DNA of 61,792 nucleotides from Oscillospiraceae bacterium (lineage in GTDB: Bacteria > Bacillota > Clostridia > Oscillospirales > Acutalibacteraceae), in contig JAFLUN010000001.1 in NCBI GenBank assembly GCA_022508785.1, positions 12,971-74,762 on the forward strand. Reading direction: 5' to 3'. This document shows, one piece after another, positions 1 through 9,440 of this stretch. A model generated the notes under the pieces. That model was not told the DNA's origin. It was given only the letters and a program-made list of their open reading frames with translations, and did no database searches. Within the stretch, counting starts at the first letter, position 1. Each line of letters opens with the position of its first letter. A program made the translations under genes and the position numbers.

Positions 1-164
1 TATTATACAGTAATAAGACAAAATAAGCAAGTAAACTGATTACATTTATCCTTATAATTAAATAGTATTTTTTGTCACTTTTGTATAGATTGTTAAAATT
101 TTTAATAAGTTTTAGAAAATATTTAATTAATTAGAGGAATTTTTGTTAATGTTTTGTCAATCTA

Positions 165-194
165 TTGACTTTTAAGGTTTAACTTTGATACAAT
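165..194 (+). promoter_or_regulatory. Putative sigma-A promoter for serC-serA
   Basis: TTGACT (165-170), 18-nt spacer, then TGaTACAAT extended -10 (186-194), about 75 nt upstream of the serC ATG. Confidence 0.35.
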
Positions 195-267
195 ACACGC
201 AATGCGTAAAAAGGTTTTTCTTTTTTCACATATATTATTTTAGAAAATTTATTTGGAGGTTACTATT

Positions 268-1350
268 ATGGCAAGAGTTTATAATTTTTCAGCAGGTCCT
301 TCAATGCTTCCAGAAGAAGTATTGAAAAAAGCAGCAGCAGAAATGCTTGATTACCAAGGAAGCGGTCAATCCGTTATGGAAATGAGCCACCGCTCAAAAG
401 TTTATGATGAAATCATTAAGGGCGCAGAGGCTCTTCTTCGTGAGCTTATGAACATTCCTGACAATTACAAGGTTCTTTTTCTTCAGGGCGGCGCTTCAAC
501 TCAGTTTGCGGCAATTCCTATGAACTTTATGAACGGCAGTGGAAAGGCCGACTATGTAGTTTCAGGTCAGTGGTCAAATAAGGCTTACAAAGAGGCCACT
601 AAATACGGCGATGTAAAGATTGTTGCAACTTCAAAGGAACAGAACTTCTCATGTGTTCCCGAAATGGATAAGAACGAATTCCGAGCAGATGCCGACTATT
701 TCTACATCTGCATGAACGAGACGGTTCACGGAAATATTATCCGTGATTTGCCCGACACCGGCGACGTTCCGCTTATTGCAGATATTTCATCCTGCTTCCT
801 TTCAGAGCCCATTGACGTTTCAAAGTTCGGTATGCTTTACGGCGGCGCTCAGAAAAACGTTGCTCCTGCAGGTCTTACAATTTGCATTATCCGTGAGGAT
901 TTACTCGGTAACGCAAGAGATTACACGCCCTCAATGCTTGATTACAAGCTTATGGCTGATAACGATTCTCTTTACAATACACCCCCCTGCTACACAATTT
1001 ACATTTGCAAGCTTGTTCTTGAGTGGCTGAAAGACAACGGCGGACTTGAAAAGATGAAAGAGAAAAACATTAAAAAGGCACAGCTTCTTTACGATTTCCT
1101 TGACAATTCAAAAATGTTTAAGGGCACTGTTGTTCCGAAAGACCGCTCTCTTATGAATGTTCCTTTTGTTACTGACAGCGAAGAGCTTAACGCTAAATTC
1201 GTTAAAGAGGCAACTGCGGCAGGTCTTGTTAACATTAAGGGTCACCGTTCGGTTGGCGGTATGAGAGCTTCAATTTACAACGCTATGCCCTATGAAGGCG
1301 TTGAAGCACTCGTTAAATTTATGGCTGAATTTGAAGCAGCTAATTCATAA
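268..1350 (+). CDS. serC: Phosphoserine aminotransferase
   Basis: N-terminus MARVYNFSAGPSMLPEEVL...SVMEMSHRSK is typical of SerC. GGAGG at 256-260 precedes the ATG at 268, so the track's TTG start at 253 lies inside the RBS. Confidence 0.9.
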   Translation: MARVYNFSAGPSMLPEEVLKKAAAEMLDYQGSGQSVMEMSHRSKVYDEIIKGAEALLRELMNIPDNYKVLFLQGGASTQFAAIPMNFMNGSGKADYVVSGQWSNKAYKEATKYGDVKIVATSKEQNFSCVPEMDKNEFRADADYFYICMNETVHGNIIRDLPDTGDVPLIADISSCFLSEPIDVSKFGMLYGGAQKNVAPAGLTICIIREDLLGNARDYTPSMLDYKLMADNDSLYNTPPCYTIYICKLVLEWLKDNGGLEKMKEKNIKKAQLLYDFLDNSKMFKGTVVPKDRSLMNVPFVTDSEELNAKFVKEATAAGLVNIKGHRSVGGMRASIYNAMPYEGVEALVKFMAEFEAANS

Positions 1351-1364
1351 AGAGGTAAATTCGT

Positions 1365-2528
1365 ATGTATAATATTTTAACTTTAAACAAGATTTCCGCA
1401 ACGGGAATCAAAAACTTCACATCCAATTATAAGTGCTCGGATGATATTAAAAATCCTGATGCTGTTCTTGTCCGTTCCGCATCAATGCACGAAATGGAAT
1501 TAGCGCCCGAAACACTCGCTATTGCAAGAGCGGGAGCCGGTGTTAATAATATTCCCGTTCAAAAATGCGCTGAAGACGGCGTTGTTGTTTTCAACACTCC
1601 CGGCGCTAATGCAAATGCAGTGAAAGAGTTAGTGCTTTGCGGACTTTTCCTTGCATCAAGAAAAATCGTTCCTGCTATTGATTGGGTTAAAGCTACGCTT
1701 CGGGGCGATGAGAATTTCTCAAAGTCTGTTGAAAAAGGCAAATCAGCTTTTGCAGGTCCTGAAATCAAAGGCAAAAAGTTAGGCGTTATCGGTCTTGGCG
1801 CTATCGGTGTGCTTGTAGCTAATGCGGCAAATTCACTTGGTATGGAGGTTTACGGCTATGACCCGTACCTTTCGGTTGACGCCGCCTGGAACCTTTCAAG
1901 GAATGTTCGGCATGTTACAAGCCTTGACGAGATTTTTGCCAACTGCGATTACATCACTCTTCATGTTCCCCTTACTGATTCAACAAAAGGACTTGTTAAT
2001 ACGGTAAGCATTGCAAAAATGAAGGACAGCGTGAGAATCCTTAACTTTGCACGCGGTGAGCTTGTTGATACAAACGATATTATTGCCGCTCTGTCCGAAG
2101 GAAAAGTAGCCGCTTACGTTACAGATTTCGGCAACGATGCATTGCTCGATGCAAACGGCGCTATCGTTATCCCCCACCTCGGTGCATCAACTCCCGAATC
2201 CGAGGACAACTGCGCAGTTATGGCTGTAAACGAAATAATTGATTTCCTTGAAAACGGAAATATCGTGAACTCCGTTAATTTCCCGAATGTAAATGTTCCG
2301 AGAACGGGAAGAACAAGAATTACAATCATTCACAGAAACGTTGCAAATGTTATCAGTCAGATTTCAACGGCTGTTGCCAGCGAAAACGTTAACATTGACA
2401 ATATGGTTAATAAATCAAAGGGCGAATACGCTTACACAATGCTTGATACAGACGCTGACGTTTCAGATGCGGCTCTTGAATCAATTAAAGCTATTGAAAA
2501 CGTTATCAGAGTAAGAGTTATAAAATAA
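1365..2528 (+). CDS. serA: D-3-phosphoglycerate dehydrogenase with C-terminal ACT domain
   Basis: 2-hydroxyacid dehydrogenase NAD-binding motif GVIGLGAIG and an ACT-like C-terminus. It directly follows serC. Confidence 0.85.
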   Translation: MYNILTLNKISATGIKNFTSNYKCSDDIKNPDAVLVRSASMHEMELAPETLAIARAGAGVNNIPVQKCAEDGVVVFNTPGANANAVKELVLCGLFLASRKIVPAIDWVKATLRGDENFSKSVEKGKSAFAGPEIKGKKLGVIGLGAIGVLVANAANSLGMEVYGYDPYLSVDAAWNLSRNVRHVTSLDEIFANCDYITLHVPLTDSTKGLVNTVSIAKMKDSVRILNFARGELVDTNDIIAALSEGKVAAYVTDFGNDALLDANGAIVIPHLGASTPESEDNCAVMAVNEIIDFLENGNIVNSVNFPNVNVPRTGRTRITIIHRNVANVISQISTAVASENVNIDNMVNKSKGEYAYTMLDTDADVSDAALESIKAIENVIRVRVIK

Positions 2529-2543
2529 TTTAAACTTACAAAC

Positions 2544-2577
2544 AAAAAATGCAGTTCGTTTTGAACTGCATTTTTTA
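2544..2577. terminator. Bidirectional rho-independent terminator
   Basis: Stem GCAGTTC/GAACTGC is flanked by an A-run and a T-run, between the convergent serA and exonuclease genes. Confidence 0.6.
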
Positions 2578-3432
2578 TTCTGCTTCCTTGCTCGCTTTAA
2601 CAATCTCGACTGTATTTCGTTTAACGTCTACTCTGTCGTAAAGTTTCTTTATGCGAACGTTTACTCTGAACTGCCTGTCGCAATGCTCGCAATAGAACAC
2701 CGCTCTGAATGAATGGTTAGTATATTTCCAATTTTTCAATTTTTGAACGCTTCCGCCGCAAATATCGCAAAACTCGTTAAACACACTTTGGTCAACCAAA
2801 GGATCGTTTCGGTTGCCAATGTAATAAGGCTTAAATGAAAGCTTTTCAAAAAACTCCCCATTGCAAACTTTAATATGTTTGCTGATTTTCTCTGCGTCAA
2901 AGGTTTTTATTAAACATTCGCTGCTAAGCAAGCTGTCGTCAAGTGCTCTGTGGTGTGGAAAATCGTCCGAATTTATTTCAAGACATTCGGCGGCATAAGA
3001 AAGCCCCGCCTGCTGAACATTTTCCATATTGATAAATTCCTGGCAGTATTTTTGAATATCAGCATACCGTTCAATAAAAAATACGTCGTGCAATTTTCCG
3101 AAATATTTGTAATTTGAAACGAGTGTTCGAATGTCCGAATCACCCCAAGTGAGTATTGCAAAATCCTCACCGCACCAATTTGCAAAATCTGCCATTACCG
3201 TCTTAAATGGATTTGCATTTACTAAATCGTCATTTTCAATGTGAGTGAGTTCTTTTATTCTTGCCCTTATTTTTTTTGAGGCTACGGGGCATATAAACTG
3301 AGAAAACGTGTCAATCATTTCAAGCTTTTCATTAAGCTTTACAGCTCCCACCTCAATAATCTCATTCACAAAACTGTGAGCAGATTTAAGATACGCGTTA
3401 TTCCATTCAAGATCCATTACTATGTAATTCAT
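2575..3432 (-). CDS. DEDD-family 3'-5' exonuclease with C-terminal Cys4 zinc-ribbon-like tail
   Basis: MDLEWN...EIIEVGAVKL (Exo I motif), HRALDDS (Exo III H-x4-D), and C-terminal CDICGG...CEHCD. Confidence 0.7.
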   Translation of the reverse strand: MNYIVMDLEWNNAYLKSAHSFVNEIIEVGAVKLNEKLEMIDTFSQFICPVASKKIRARIKELTHIENDDLVNANPFKTVMADFANWCGEDFAILTWGDSDIRTLVSNYKYFGKLHDVFFIERYADIQKYCQEFINMENVQQAGLSYAAECLEINSDDFPHHRALDDSLLSSECLIKTFDAEKISKHIKVCNGEFFEKLSFKPYYIGNRNDPLVDQSVFNEFCDICGGSVQKLKNWKYTNHSFRAVFYCEHCDRQFRVNVRIKKLYDRVDVKRNTVEIVKASKEAE

Positions 3433-3463
3433 AAATTCTCCGTTTTATGTTGTAATTTACAAC

Positions 3464-3943
3464 TTAAATTATTTTTCCGTCAAAAGCCCTTGCTTTTCCG
3501 CTTTCAATTTTATTCAGTGCTGAGGCAATTTCTTCATTATTCTGCATAGATTTTAAATCGTGTAGAGGTTTTAATACAAATTCACGTTCAAACATTCGTG
3601 GGTGAGGAAGAACGAGAACATCGTTATTCACTGTTTCGTTTTCAAAAAGGAGTAAATCCAAATCAATAATTCTCGGCCCGTTTTTAAACAGTCGAACCCT
3701 GCCAAGCGCCGCTTCTATCCCCAACAGAGCACCCAGCAACGATTCGGGTGTAAGCTCGGTTTCAAGCTCTACGGCAATATTAAGGAAATTTTCCTGATCT
3801 TCAAATCCCCACGGGTCAGTTTCATAAACAGGCGAAACCTCTGTAACAGCCGTTTTCGGAAGTAGCTTTAACGAATCAACCGCATTTTGCAAGTTTCTGA
3901 GCCTATCCCCCATATTTGTGCCTATGCTTAAATATGCTCTCAT
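3464..3943 (-). CDS. folK: 2-amino-4-hydroxy-6-hydroxymethyldihydropteridine diphosphokinase
   Basis: YLSIGTNMGDR...PRIIDLDLLLF...LPHPRM motifs. It is the last gene of the fol operon. Confidence 0.88.
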   Translation of the reverse strand: MRAYLSIGTNMGDRLRNLQNAVDSLKLLPKTAVTEVSPVYETDPWGFEDQENFLNIAVELETELTPESLLGALLGIEAALGRVRLFKNGPRIIDLDLLLFENETVNNDVLVLPHPRMFEREFVLKPLHDLKSMQNNEEIASALNKIESGKARAFDGKII

Positions 3944-4302
3944 TGTCTTTCCCTTTCAATCTTAACGGCTACATAATCAAAATCGGCATTTATGGGAGCT
4001 TCAGGCTTTTTTAAAGTGATTTTAAGCTTTTGGATTTTGGGAAAATCTTCAAAAAGACCGTTTGCAACCCGTTCGGCAACTCTTTCTAACAAATCGTTCT
4101 TTTCGCTCGTCGCTATGCGTGTTACGGATTTAATAATTTTTGCGTAGCTTACCGTGTCGTTTACATCGTCGGAGTTGCAAGGCTTATTCAAATCCAAAAA
4201 AGCGGTTATATCAAAAACAAAATTCTGACCGTTCTCTTTTTCCTCGGGATTTACGCCGTGAAAGGCAAAAATTTTAAGGCTTTTAACTATAATTTTATCC
4301 AT
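3940..4302 (-). CDS. folB: Dihydroneopterin aldolase
   Basis: 120 aa with IFAFHGVNPEEKENGQNF... typical of FolB. It overlaps the folK start by 4 nt. Confidence 0.85.
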   Translation of the reverse strand: MDKIIVKSLKIFAFHGVNPEEKENGQNFVFDITAFLDLNKPCNSDDVNDTVSYAKIIKSVTRIATSEKNDLLERVAERVANGLFEDFPKIQKLKITLKKPEAPINADFDYVAVKIERERQ

Positions 4303-4308
4303 ACTGTT

Positions 4309-5136
4309 TTATATTCCTCTTATTATTTTATCCGCAGTGTTAAGAGCAAGTCTGTTTTCTTTAACGTTATGCACACGCACAAAGTCAGCACCGCCTGCAA
4401 CCGCTAAAACATTAGCGGCAACAGTGCCGTACAGTCTGTCTTCCCCCTCGGCGCCTGAGCTGTTTTTAATTACTCTTTTATTGGAAAGCGCCGTCAAAAG
4501 TGCGCAGTTTTTGTTTTTTATTAGGGAAGTGTTTTTTATAAGCTCAATATCGTCGTTATAACTCTCGGTAAATCCAATTCCTGCATCAAACATTATGTAT
4601 TCAGACGGGATACCGAAATCTTCGCACTTTTTTAATGTTTCGGCAAAAAAGTCAGTAACATTTTCAGTAATCGAGCGATTATCTTCTAAATTTTTTATAT
4701 AATTTCTGCCGTTGTACATAATAACCCAACCGCATTTGTGTTTTTTTACGGTTTCAGCCATTTTAGGATTAAACACGCCGCTTATGTCATTGATTATTGA
4801 AACGCCGTTATTAAGGGCAAATTCCGCAACCTCAGGATAAAAGGTATCAACAGAAAATACTGAATTAACATTTGCAGTCAAATAGGGAATATATTCTTTG
4901 ATTATACTCAATTCTTCCTCGGCAGACAGAATATCTGCGCCGGGTCTTGTGGAATTTGCGCCTATATCAATAATGTCGGCGCCGTCCTGTACCATTTTCA
5001 GTGCTTGTTGGAGTGCTTTTTCTGGAGAATTATAAAGTCCGCCGTCATAAAATGAATCCGGCGTAACATTAAGTATTCCCATTATAAAAGTTTTACTGCC
5101 TAACTCAAAACTACCGTTTTTATGTATAAATTTCAA
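4309..5136 (-). CDS. folP: Dihydropteroate synthase
   Basis: GILNVTPDSFYDGG, DIIDIGANSTRPGA and FDAGIGF motifs. Confidence 0.9.
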   Translation of the reverse strand: MKFIHKNGSFELGSKTFIMGILNVTPDSFYDGGLYNSPEKALQQALKMVQDGADIIDIGANSTRPGADILSAEEELSIIKEYIPYLTANVNSVFSVDTFYPEVAEFALNNGVSIINDISGVFNPKMAETVKKHKCGWVIMYNGRNYIKNLEDNRSITENVTDFFAETLKKCEDFGIPSEYIMFDAGIGFTESYNDDIELIKNTSLIKNKNCALLTALSNKRVIKNSSGAEGEDRLYGTVAANVLAVAGGADFVRVHNVKENRLALNTADKIIRGI

Positions 5137-5138
5137 AA

Positions 5139-5702
5139 TTATTTATCGCCCAGCAGTGAGAGTACCTCTGCTCGCGTCTTAGCGTCCTTTCTTATTCCCC
5201 CACGCAGTGCAGAGGTTCTTGTTTGCGAGCCAGCGGCACGGATTCCGCGCATTGTCATACATAGATGCTCCGCCTCAATAATAACCGCAACGCCTTTCGG
5301 GTTCATTGATCCATCAATAAAATCGGCAATCTGCGCAGTCAGCCTTTCCTGCAGCTGCGGGCGGCGTGCAAAGGAATTTACAATTCTTGCAAGCTTTGAA
5401 AGACCGATAACCTCGCCTTTATCGTTAGGAATATACGCAATGTGAGCCTTGCCGACAAAGGGAAGAAAATGATGCTCGCACATGGAATACATCGGAATAT
5501 CGCGAACGATTACTATTTCATCGCTGTTGCCCTCATGGAAGATTTTAAGATGCTTTTCCGGGTCTTCCGTAAGCCCAGAAAAAATCTCCTCATACATATT
5601 GGCAACTCTTTTGGGAGTTTCTTTCAAGCCCTCTCTGTCAGGGTCTTCGCCGATAGCAATAAGTATTTCACGGAAAGCCTTTTCAATTCTTTCTTTATCC
5701 AT
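5139..5702 (-). CDS. folE: GTP cyclohydrolase I
   Basis: [20 protein letters not shown] and RPQLQERLT motifs. Confidence 0.92.
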   Translation of the reverse strand: MDKERIEKAFREILIAIGEDPDREGLKETPKRVANMYEEIFSGLTEDPEKHLKIFHEGNSDEIVIVRDIPMYSMCEHHFLPFVGKAHIAYIPNDKGEVIGLSKLARIVNSFARRPQLQERLTAQIADFIDGSMNPKGVAVIIEAEHLCMTMRGIRAAGSQTRTSALRGGIRKDAKTRAEVLSLLGDK

Positions 5703-5705
5703 ATT

Positions 5706-6872
5706 TCAGCCCTTCTCAAACACTATACACAAATAATTAAAGTCGTCGTTATAAATATAACTTTTGCTCGTTATGTTTTTGCCCGATGCTAAAGCGACAT
5801 CAACAGTAAAATCAAAAAACGCTCTGTCGGTTTCGTTATTCAGCGCTTTTGTTTTAATCGCTTCGTAATCGGCATCATTTGAAAATCTTATTTCAAGTAT
5901 TAAATCTTCATTTAAACCGTTGGCGCAAACATTTGCCATACCGTTAAAATTATTAAAGCTGTTGAACATTAAGCCGTTTACATTAAAATAATTAAACTTT
6001 TGGGATTTGCAGTTATTGTCGTAAGGTACGATATCGAAATGGTCTTTTCGTATATCTTCATCAGTCATATTAAAGTAAAGATAACTAATTTCACCTAATT
6101 CGCCGTCGTAATCGTCCCAAGTTAAATCAACATGGTAAAGCTCTCCGTCAACGGAGACAACATTCCACATATGCCCTTCAATTTGCCCTGCTTCGTTTTC
6201 AGTTTCCCCAACAACCAAGTAACTGTAAATTCCCACTTCGTCAAGAAGCATTTTCATAGCTCTTGCATAGCCTTCGCAAATGGCTTTGCCGTCAAAGAAA
6301 ACGCTGTAAGCCGTATCGCCGAAGCCGTCATAGGTTGACAAATCGTAAACAGTATTTTTGCATATATAATCGTGAAAGAATTTTTCTTGATTATAGTCGG
6401 AATTTCCCGAACCGGAAAGAGCTATCACACGGCTGACAGCGGCTTTAAGCTCCGCTGTTTTTGTCTTTATTTCTTCAAGACTGCACCTGTAATCAGGCTC
6501 AACAAAAAGCCCTCGGGGACTTTTAGAAAAAGAATAGGTGGAATCAACCCAAAAAATCTCAGGATTGTCATAGAGAACGCAGTTGAACATATAATCCAGC
6601 TCGTCACGGGTTAAATCAACGGTAAAATCCTTTAAATTCATATAACCGTTATATATTTTTGAATATTCTTTTTTGCCCTTTTCATCAAGAGAAGAATAGT
6701 AGTAATTATCTTTGCCGTTATAATTTTCCTCTAAAACGGGAATATCCGTTGACGAGTCGGATATGTTTGAAACAATTTTATCAATCGTTTCAGGATTAAG
6801 AGTAACGGAACACCCTGAAAGCAACACTGCAATGCAAAGTATTACCGATATTACTCCTATGACTTTTTTCAT
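5706..6872 (-). CDS. Transglutaminase-like (papain-fold) lipoprotein
   Basis: Lipobox LLSGC. CEGYARAMK...GHMWN...HVDLTWDD matches the Cys-His-Asp transglutaminase core. AGGAG precedes the ATG at 6872. Confidence 0.7.
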   Translation of the reverse strand: MKKVIGVISVILCIAVLLSGCSVTLNPETIDKIVSNISDSSTDIPVLEENYNGKDNYYYSSLDEKGKKEYSKIYNGYMNLKDFTVDLTRDELDYMFNCVLYDNPEIFWVDSTYSFSKSPRGLFVEPDYRCSLEEIKTKTAELKAAVSRVIALSGSGNSDYNQEKFFHDYICKNTVYDLSTYDGFGDTAYSVFFDGKAICEGYARAMKMLLDEVGIYSYLVVGETENEAGQIEGHMWNVVSVDGELYHVDLTWDDYDGELGEISYLYFNMTDEDIRKDHFDIVPYDNNCKSQKFNYFNVNGLMFNSFNNFNGMANVCANGLNEDLILEIRFSNDADYEAIKTKALNNETDRAFFDFTVDVALASGKNITSKSYIYNDDFNYLCIVFEKG

Positions 6873-6884
6873 AAGCACTCCTTA

Positions 6885-7724
6885 TTAACCTTTTACGGAC
6901 GGATAAAACTTGTCTTCTGCGTTTGAATAAATCTTGAGCTTTTCTAAAGAATTTGAGTAGTCAATAACCGAAATATCCGTTTTACAGTTATTGACGAAAA
7001 TCTTGAATAGGTCGTCAGATTTTTCGCTGTTTTCAGGCGTCAAAGCACTTGCGAGAATATCGCACATAATGCGTGATTTTTCTTGTATTTCAGCGATAGC
7101 TAAATATTTATATGCATATTCGTCTGAGAGCTTTTGCGTGCCTTTATCAAGACTTACGTTAAATTCAGACGATTTATAGTTAACGTCTTCCGCAACGTTT
7201 ACCGTTACTCCGCCCAGTGATGCAATAATCCGCTTAAACTGTGATGCAGTACAAATTACATACTTATCAACGGAAAGGTCAAAATCAGCATTTAAGCGTG
7301 ATTTAAGACCGCTTATAAACTCGGTATCGTAAATATCCCTATAAGTTTTTCCGTCTGAAAGCTTTTGATTTGCATCAAAAGAGGCAACCGTCATACTTTT
7401 TGAATCAAAATCTGCAGTTATTATAAATCCGAAATCGGCGTTGGAAGAATCGTCTGTCAGCATTAAAAGATAGACCGATTTCCCCGAAAGCTCTGAGACT
7501 GAGTAAGTCTGCTCATCATTTGTCGGAGCATCGGACGGCGCTTCTGTATTCGTTCTGTCAATAATATTTCCCAAATCAAAATCAAGGGAACGCATAAAAA
7601 GAAAAGCCGAAAATGCAGATAAAATTACAATAAACAAAGAAAAAGAAAGTACAATATATTTAAAATTCGGATTTTTGTTTTTCACTTTTTTAGGCTTAGA
7701 AAACAAATCGTTATTCTTTTTCAT
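6885..7724 (-). CDS. Membrane-anchored protein with a divergent LytR-CpsA-Psr (LCP)-like domain
   Basis: N-terminal TM helix. The ectodomain layout YLLMLTDD...FIITADFDSKSMTVASF...VDKYV...FKRIIASLGGVTVNV parallels LCP domains but lacks the usual Arg residues. Confidence 0.4.
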   Translation of the reverse strand: MKKNNDLFSKPKKVKNKNPNFKYIVLSFSLFIVILSAFSAFLFMRSLDFDLGNIIDRTNTEAPSDAPTNDEQTYSVSELSGKSVYLLMLTDDSSNADFGFIITADFDSKSMTVASFDANQKLSDGKTYRDIYDTEFISGLKSRLNADFDLSVDKYVICTASQFKRIIASLGGVTVNVAEDVNYKSSEFNVSLDKGTQKLSDEYAYKYLAIAEIQEKSRIMCDILASALTPENSEKSDDLFKIFVNNCKTDISVIDYSNSLEKLKIYSNAEDKFYPSVKG

Positions 7725-7835
7725 AACAACCGCCGTGCAATACAGAATGTAAAGAAAAATAAATGTTTATTCTGTTACGGTACCTTCCCTTTCTTAATAT
7801 TTTTCACACTAACTCAATAGAAACACACAATCTGT
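7725..7835 (-). promoter_or_regulatory. Conserved 5' leader, copy A (unclassified cis-regulatory RNA candidate)
   Basis: The minus strand reads UUAGUGUGAAAAAUAUUAAGAAAGGGAAGGUACCGU (core 7777-7810), then CUGUAUUGCACGGCGGUUGUUAUG. It is paralogous to 9307-9440 and 41857-41970. Confidence 0.55.
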
Positions 7836-7839
7836 ATTT

Positions 7840-7868
7840 ATTATAACACAAATGCGAGGTATAAACAA
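7840..7868 (-). promoter_or_regulatory. Putative sigma-A promoter (TTGTTT-17-TGtTATAAT)
   Basis: Extended -10 TGTTATAAT on the minus strand (7840-7848), with a weak -35 at 7863-7868. It lies just downstream of the preceding gene's terminator. Confidence 0.45.
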
Positions 7869-7877
7869 TACAAACCT

Positions 7878-7909
7878 AAAAAATATACCGCATACATACA
7901 GTATGCGGA
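7878..7909 (-). terminator. Rho-independent terminator after the sugar transferase gene
   Basis: On the minus strand, the CCGCATA/TATGCGG stem is followed by UAUAUUUUUU. Confidence 0.6.
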
Positions 7910-7923
7910 TAAATTTTATAGGT

Positions 7924-9306
7924 TTACTCCATAGGCTCCGTAAAGTGGTACTTTAACTTTTCGCCTTTTCCGTCAAAAGCCTCCGTACTGTCAGAAGCCT
8001 TCAGCAGAACCGTTACGGTTTGAAGTATCAGCTTAAAATCCAGCCATAAGCTGTAATGCTCAATGTAAAGCAAATCGAGAACCAGCTTGTCCTTAGGAGA
8101 GGTATTGTATTTACCCGCTATCTGACCGTAACCTGTAAGACCGCCTTTTACGCGCAGCCTGTAAGAAAACTCCGGAATTTCAGCCGTGTATTTATCAACA
8201 TTTTCAACCATTTCAGGACGAGGGCCTACAACGCTCATTTCACCTTTTAAAATGTTGATAAACTGAGGAAGCTCGTCAATACGGAATTTACGCAAATACT
8301 TGCCTACTTTTGTAATACGGTCATCGTCAGAGGTAACAGACTTATTGTAGCTCCCCTCTTCCTTCATTGTTCTGAACTTATAAACCATAAAGAGCTTTTC
8401 GCCCTTAGTTGCCCTCGCCTGACGGAAAAATACATGACCGCCGTCCTCAAGCTTAATAAGCAAAGCACAAACCAGCATTAACGGACCGAACACAATAAGC
8501 GCTACAAGAGAAATGAGGATATCCATAAAACGCTTAATGAATTTTTGCTCTAACGTTAAATCACGGACAACGGCGGAAACCACCGGCTTGTCATCAAGAA
8601 GAGTAGTTCTGGCACCTAATGCCACAACATCATTCATTTCAAAATTATAATAAATGTTTTTCTTGCTCGCGTAGCAATATTCATTTAAGACTATCTTTTC
8701 ATTCTGCGGAACATCGTAAAGAAAAATTGTGTCATTTCTGTTGATGACATCAAACACATTCGGAGACGTATAATGAATCATATCCGTTATTTTATATTGC
8801 TTGCGGTACTTTTCAATTTTTAAAGCAATATTGTTAAGTGATTTTTCCGAAGAGGTTATAATACAGCAATTCTCAGGGGGATTTATTGTAAAATAAACAT
8901 AATTTCCTAGATAAGCAAACAAAACAATTGCTGTAATTTGAATTGCCATAACAATAATAAGTCTACCCGGCGATTCAAGAACAAAATGGTCATTATTGTG
9001 AGCGTTAACGCTCATTATGCAAAATTCAACATAAGTTACAAGGTCCGTAACAAGCGTTGCCAATGACATAGAAATAATGATAGGTTTGGATTTTAGTCTT
9101 CCGATAAGATAACCGCCGTAAACTGAAATGGTTGCGGTAAGAACAACGCAAAACGTAACAAGCGAAACGCCCGATGTTCTTGAAAGACCGAGAACCCATT
9201 CATATTTTAACCCGAAAACGATAAAAAATGCCGCAACTATAACGATATATAAAGTAGCTTTCAAAAGAAAAAAAATACTGTTTTGGAATTTATATAGAAC
9301 TTTCAT
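7924..9306 (-). CDS. Polyprenyl-phosphate hexose-1-phosphate transferase (WbaP/EpsL-type bacterial sugar transferase)
   Basis: Multi-TM N-terminus, with C-terminal KRFMDILISLVALIVFGPLML...FRQ...YKFRTM...DDRITKVGKYLRKFRIDELPQFINILKGEMSVVGPRPE. Start set at ATG 9306 by leader homology with copy A. In-frame alternatives are 9315 and GTG 9333. Confidence 0.85.
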   Translation of the reverse strand: MKVLYKFQNSIFFLLKATLYIVIVAAFFIVFGLKYEWVLGLSRTSGVSLVTFCVVLTATISVYGGYLIGRLKSKPIIISMSLATLVTDLVTYVEFCIMSVNAHNNDHFVLESPGRLIIVMAIQITAIVLFAYLGNYVYFTINPPENCCIITSSEKSLNNIALKIEKYRKQYKITDMIHYTSPNVFDVINRNDTIFLYDVPQNEKIVLNEYCYASKKNIYYNFEMNDVVALGARTTLLDDKPVVSAVVRDLTLEQKFIKRFMDILISLVALIVFGPLMLVCALLIKLEDGGHVFFRQARATKGEKLFMVYKFRTMKEEGSYNKSVTSDDDRITKVGKYLRKFRIDELPQFINILKGEMSVVGPRPEMVENVDKYTAEIPEFSYRLRVKGGLTGYGQIAGKYNTSPKDKLVLDLLYIEHYSLWLDFKLILQTVTVLLKASDSTEAFDGKGEKLKYHFTEPME

Positions 9307-9440
9307 AATCGCCATGCGATACAGTCTTCGCACAAAAAGTCATAAAAAGGCCTTCCGTGCACGGTACCGTTCCTTTCTTCGTGTTTTTCACACTAATAAT
9401 CCACAGCAAAATGATTCAGTCTGCATTATTGCTTTATTTT
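9307..9440 (-). promoter_or_regulatory. Conserved 5' leader, copy B (unclassified cis-regulatory RNA candidate)
   Basis: The minus strand reads UUAGUGUGAAAAACACGAAGAAAGGAACGGUACCGU (core 9361-9395), then a U-rich tract and CUGUAUCGCAUGGCGAUUAUG. It lies downstream of a near-consensus promoter. Confidence 0.6.

Noticed and set aside
1-252. Possible T-box or amino-acid riboswitch upstream of serC
   Set aside because: There is no T-box sequence, specifier-loop arrangement or terminator/antiterminator pair. Only an AT-rich region with a plausible promoter is present.
9355-9380. Reading the GGAAC inside the conserved leader as an ECF-sigma -35 box
   Set aside because: No conserved CGT-type -10 element lies 16-17 nt downstream in any of the three copies. 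Copies A and B lie downstream of good sigma-A promoters and so fall inside the transcript.
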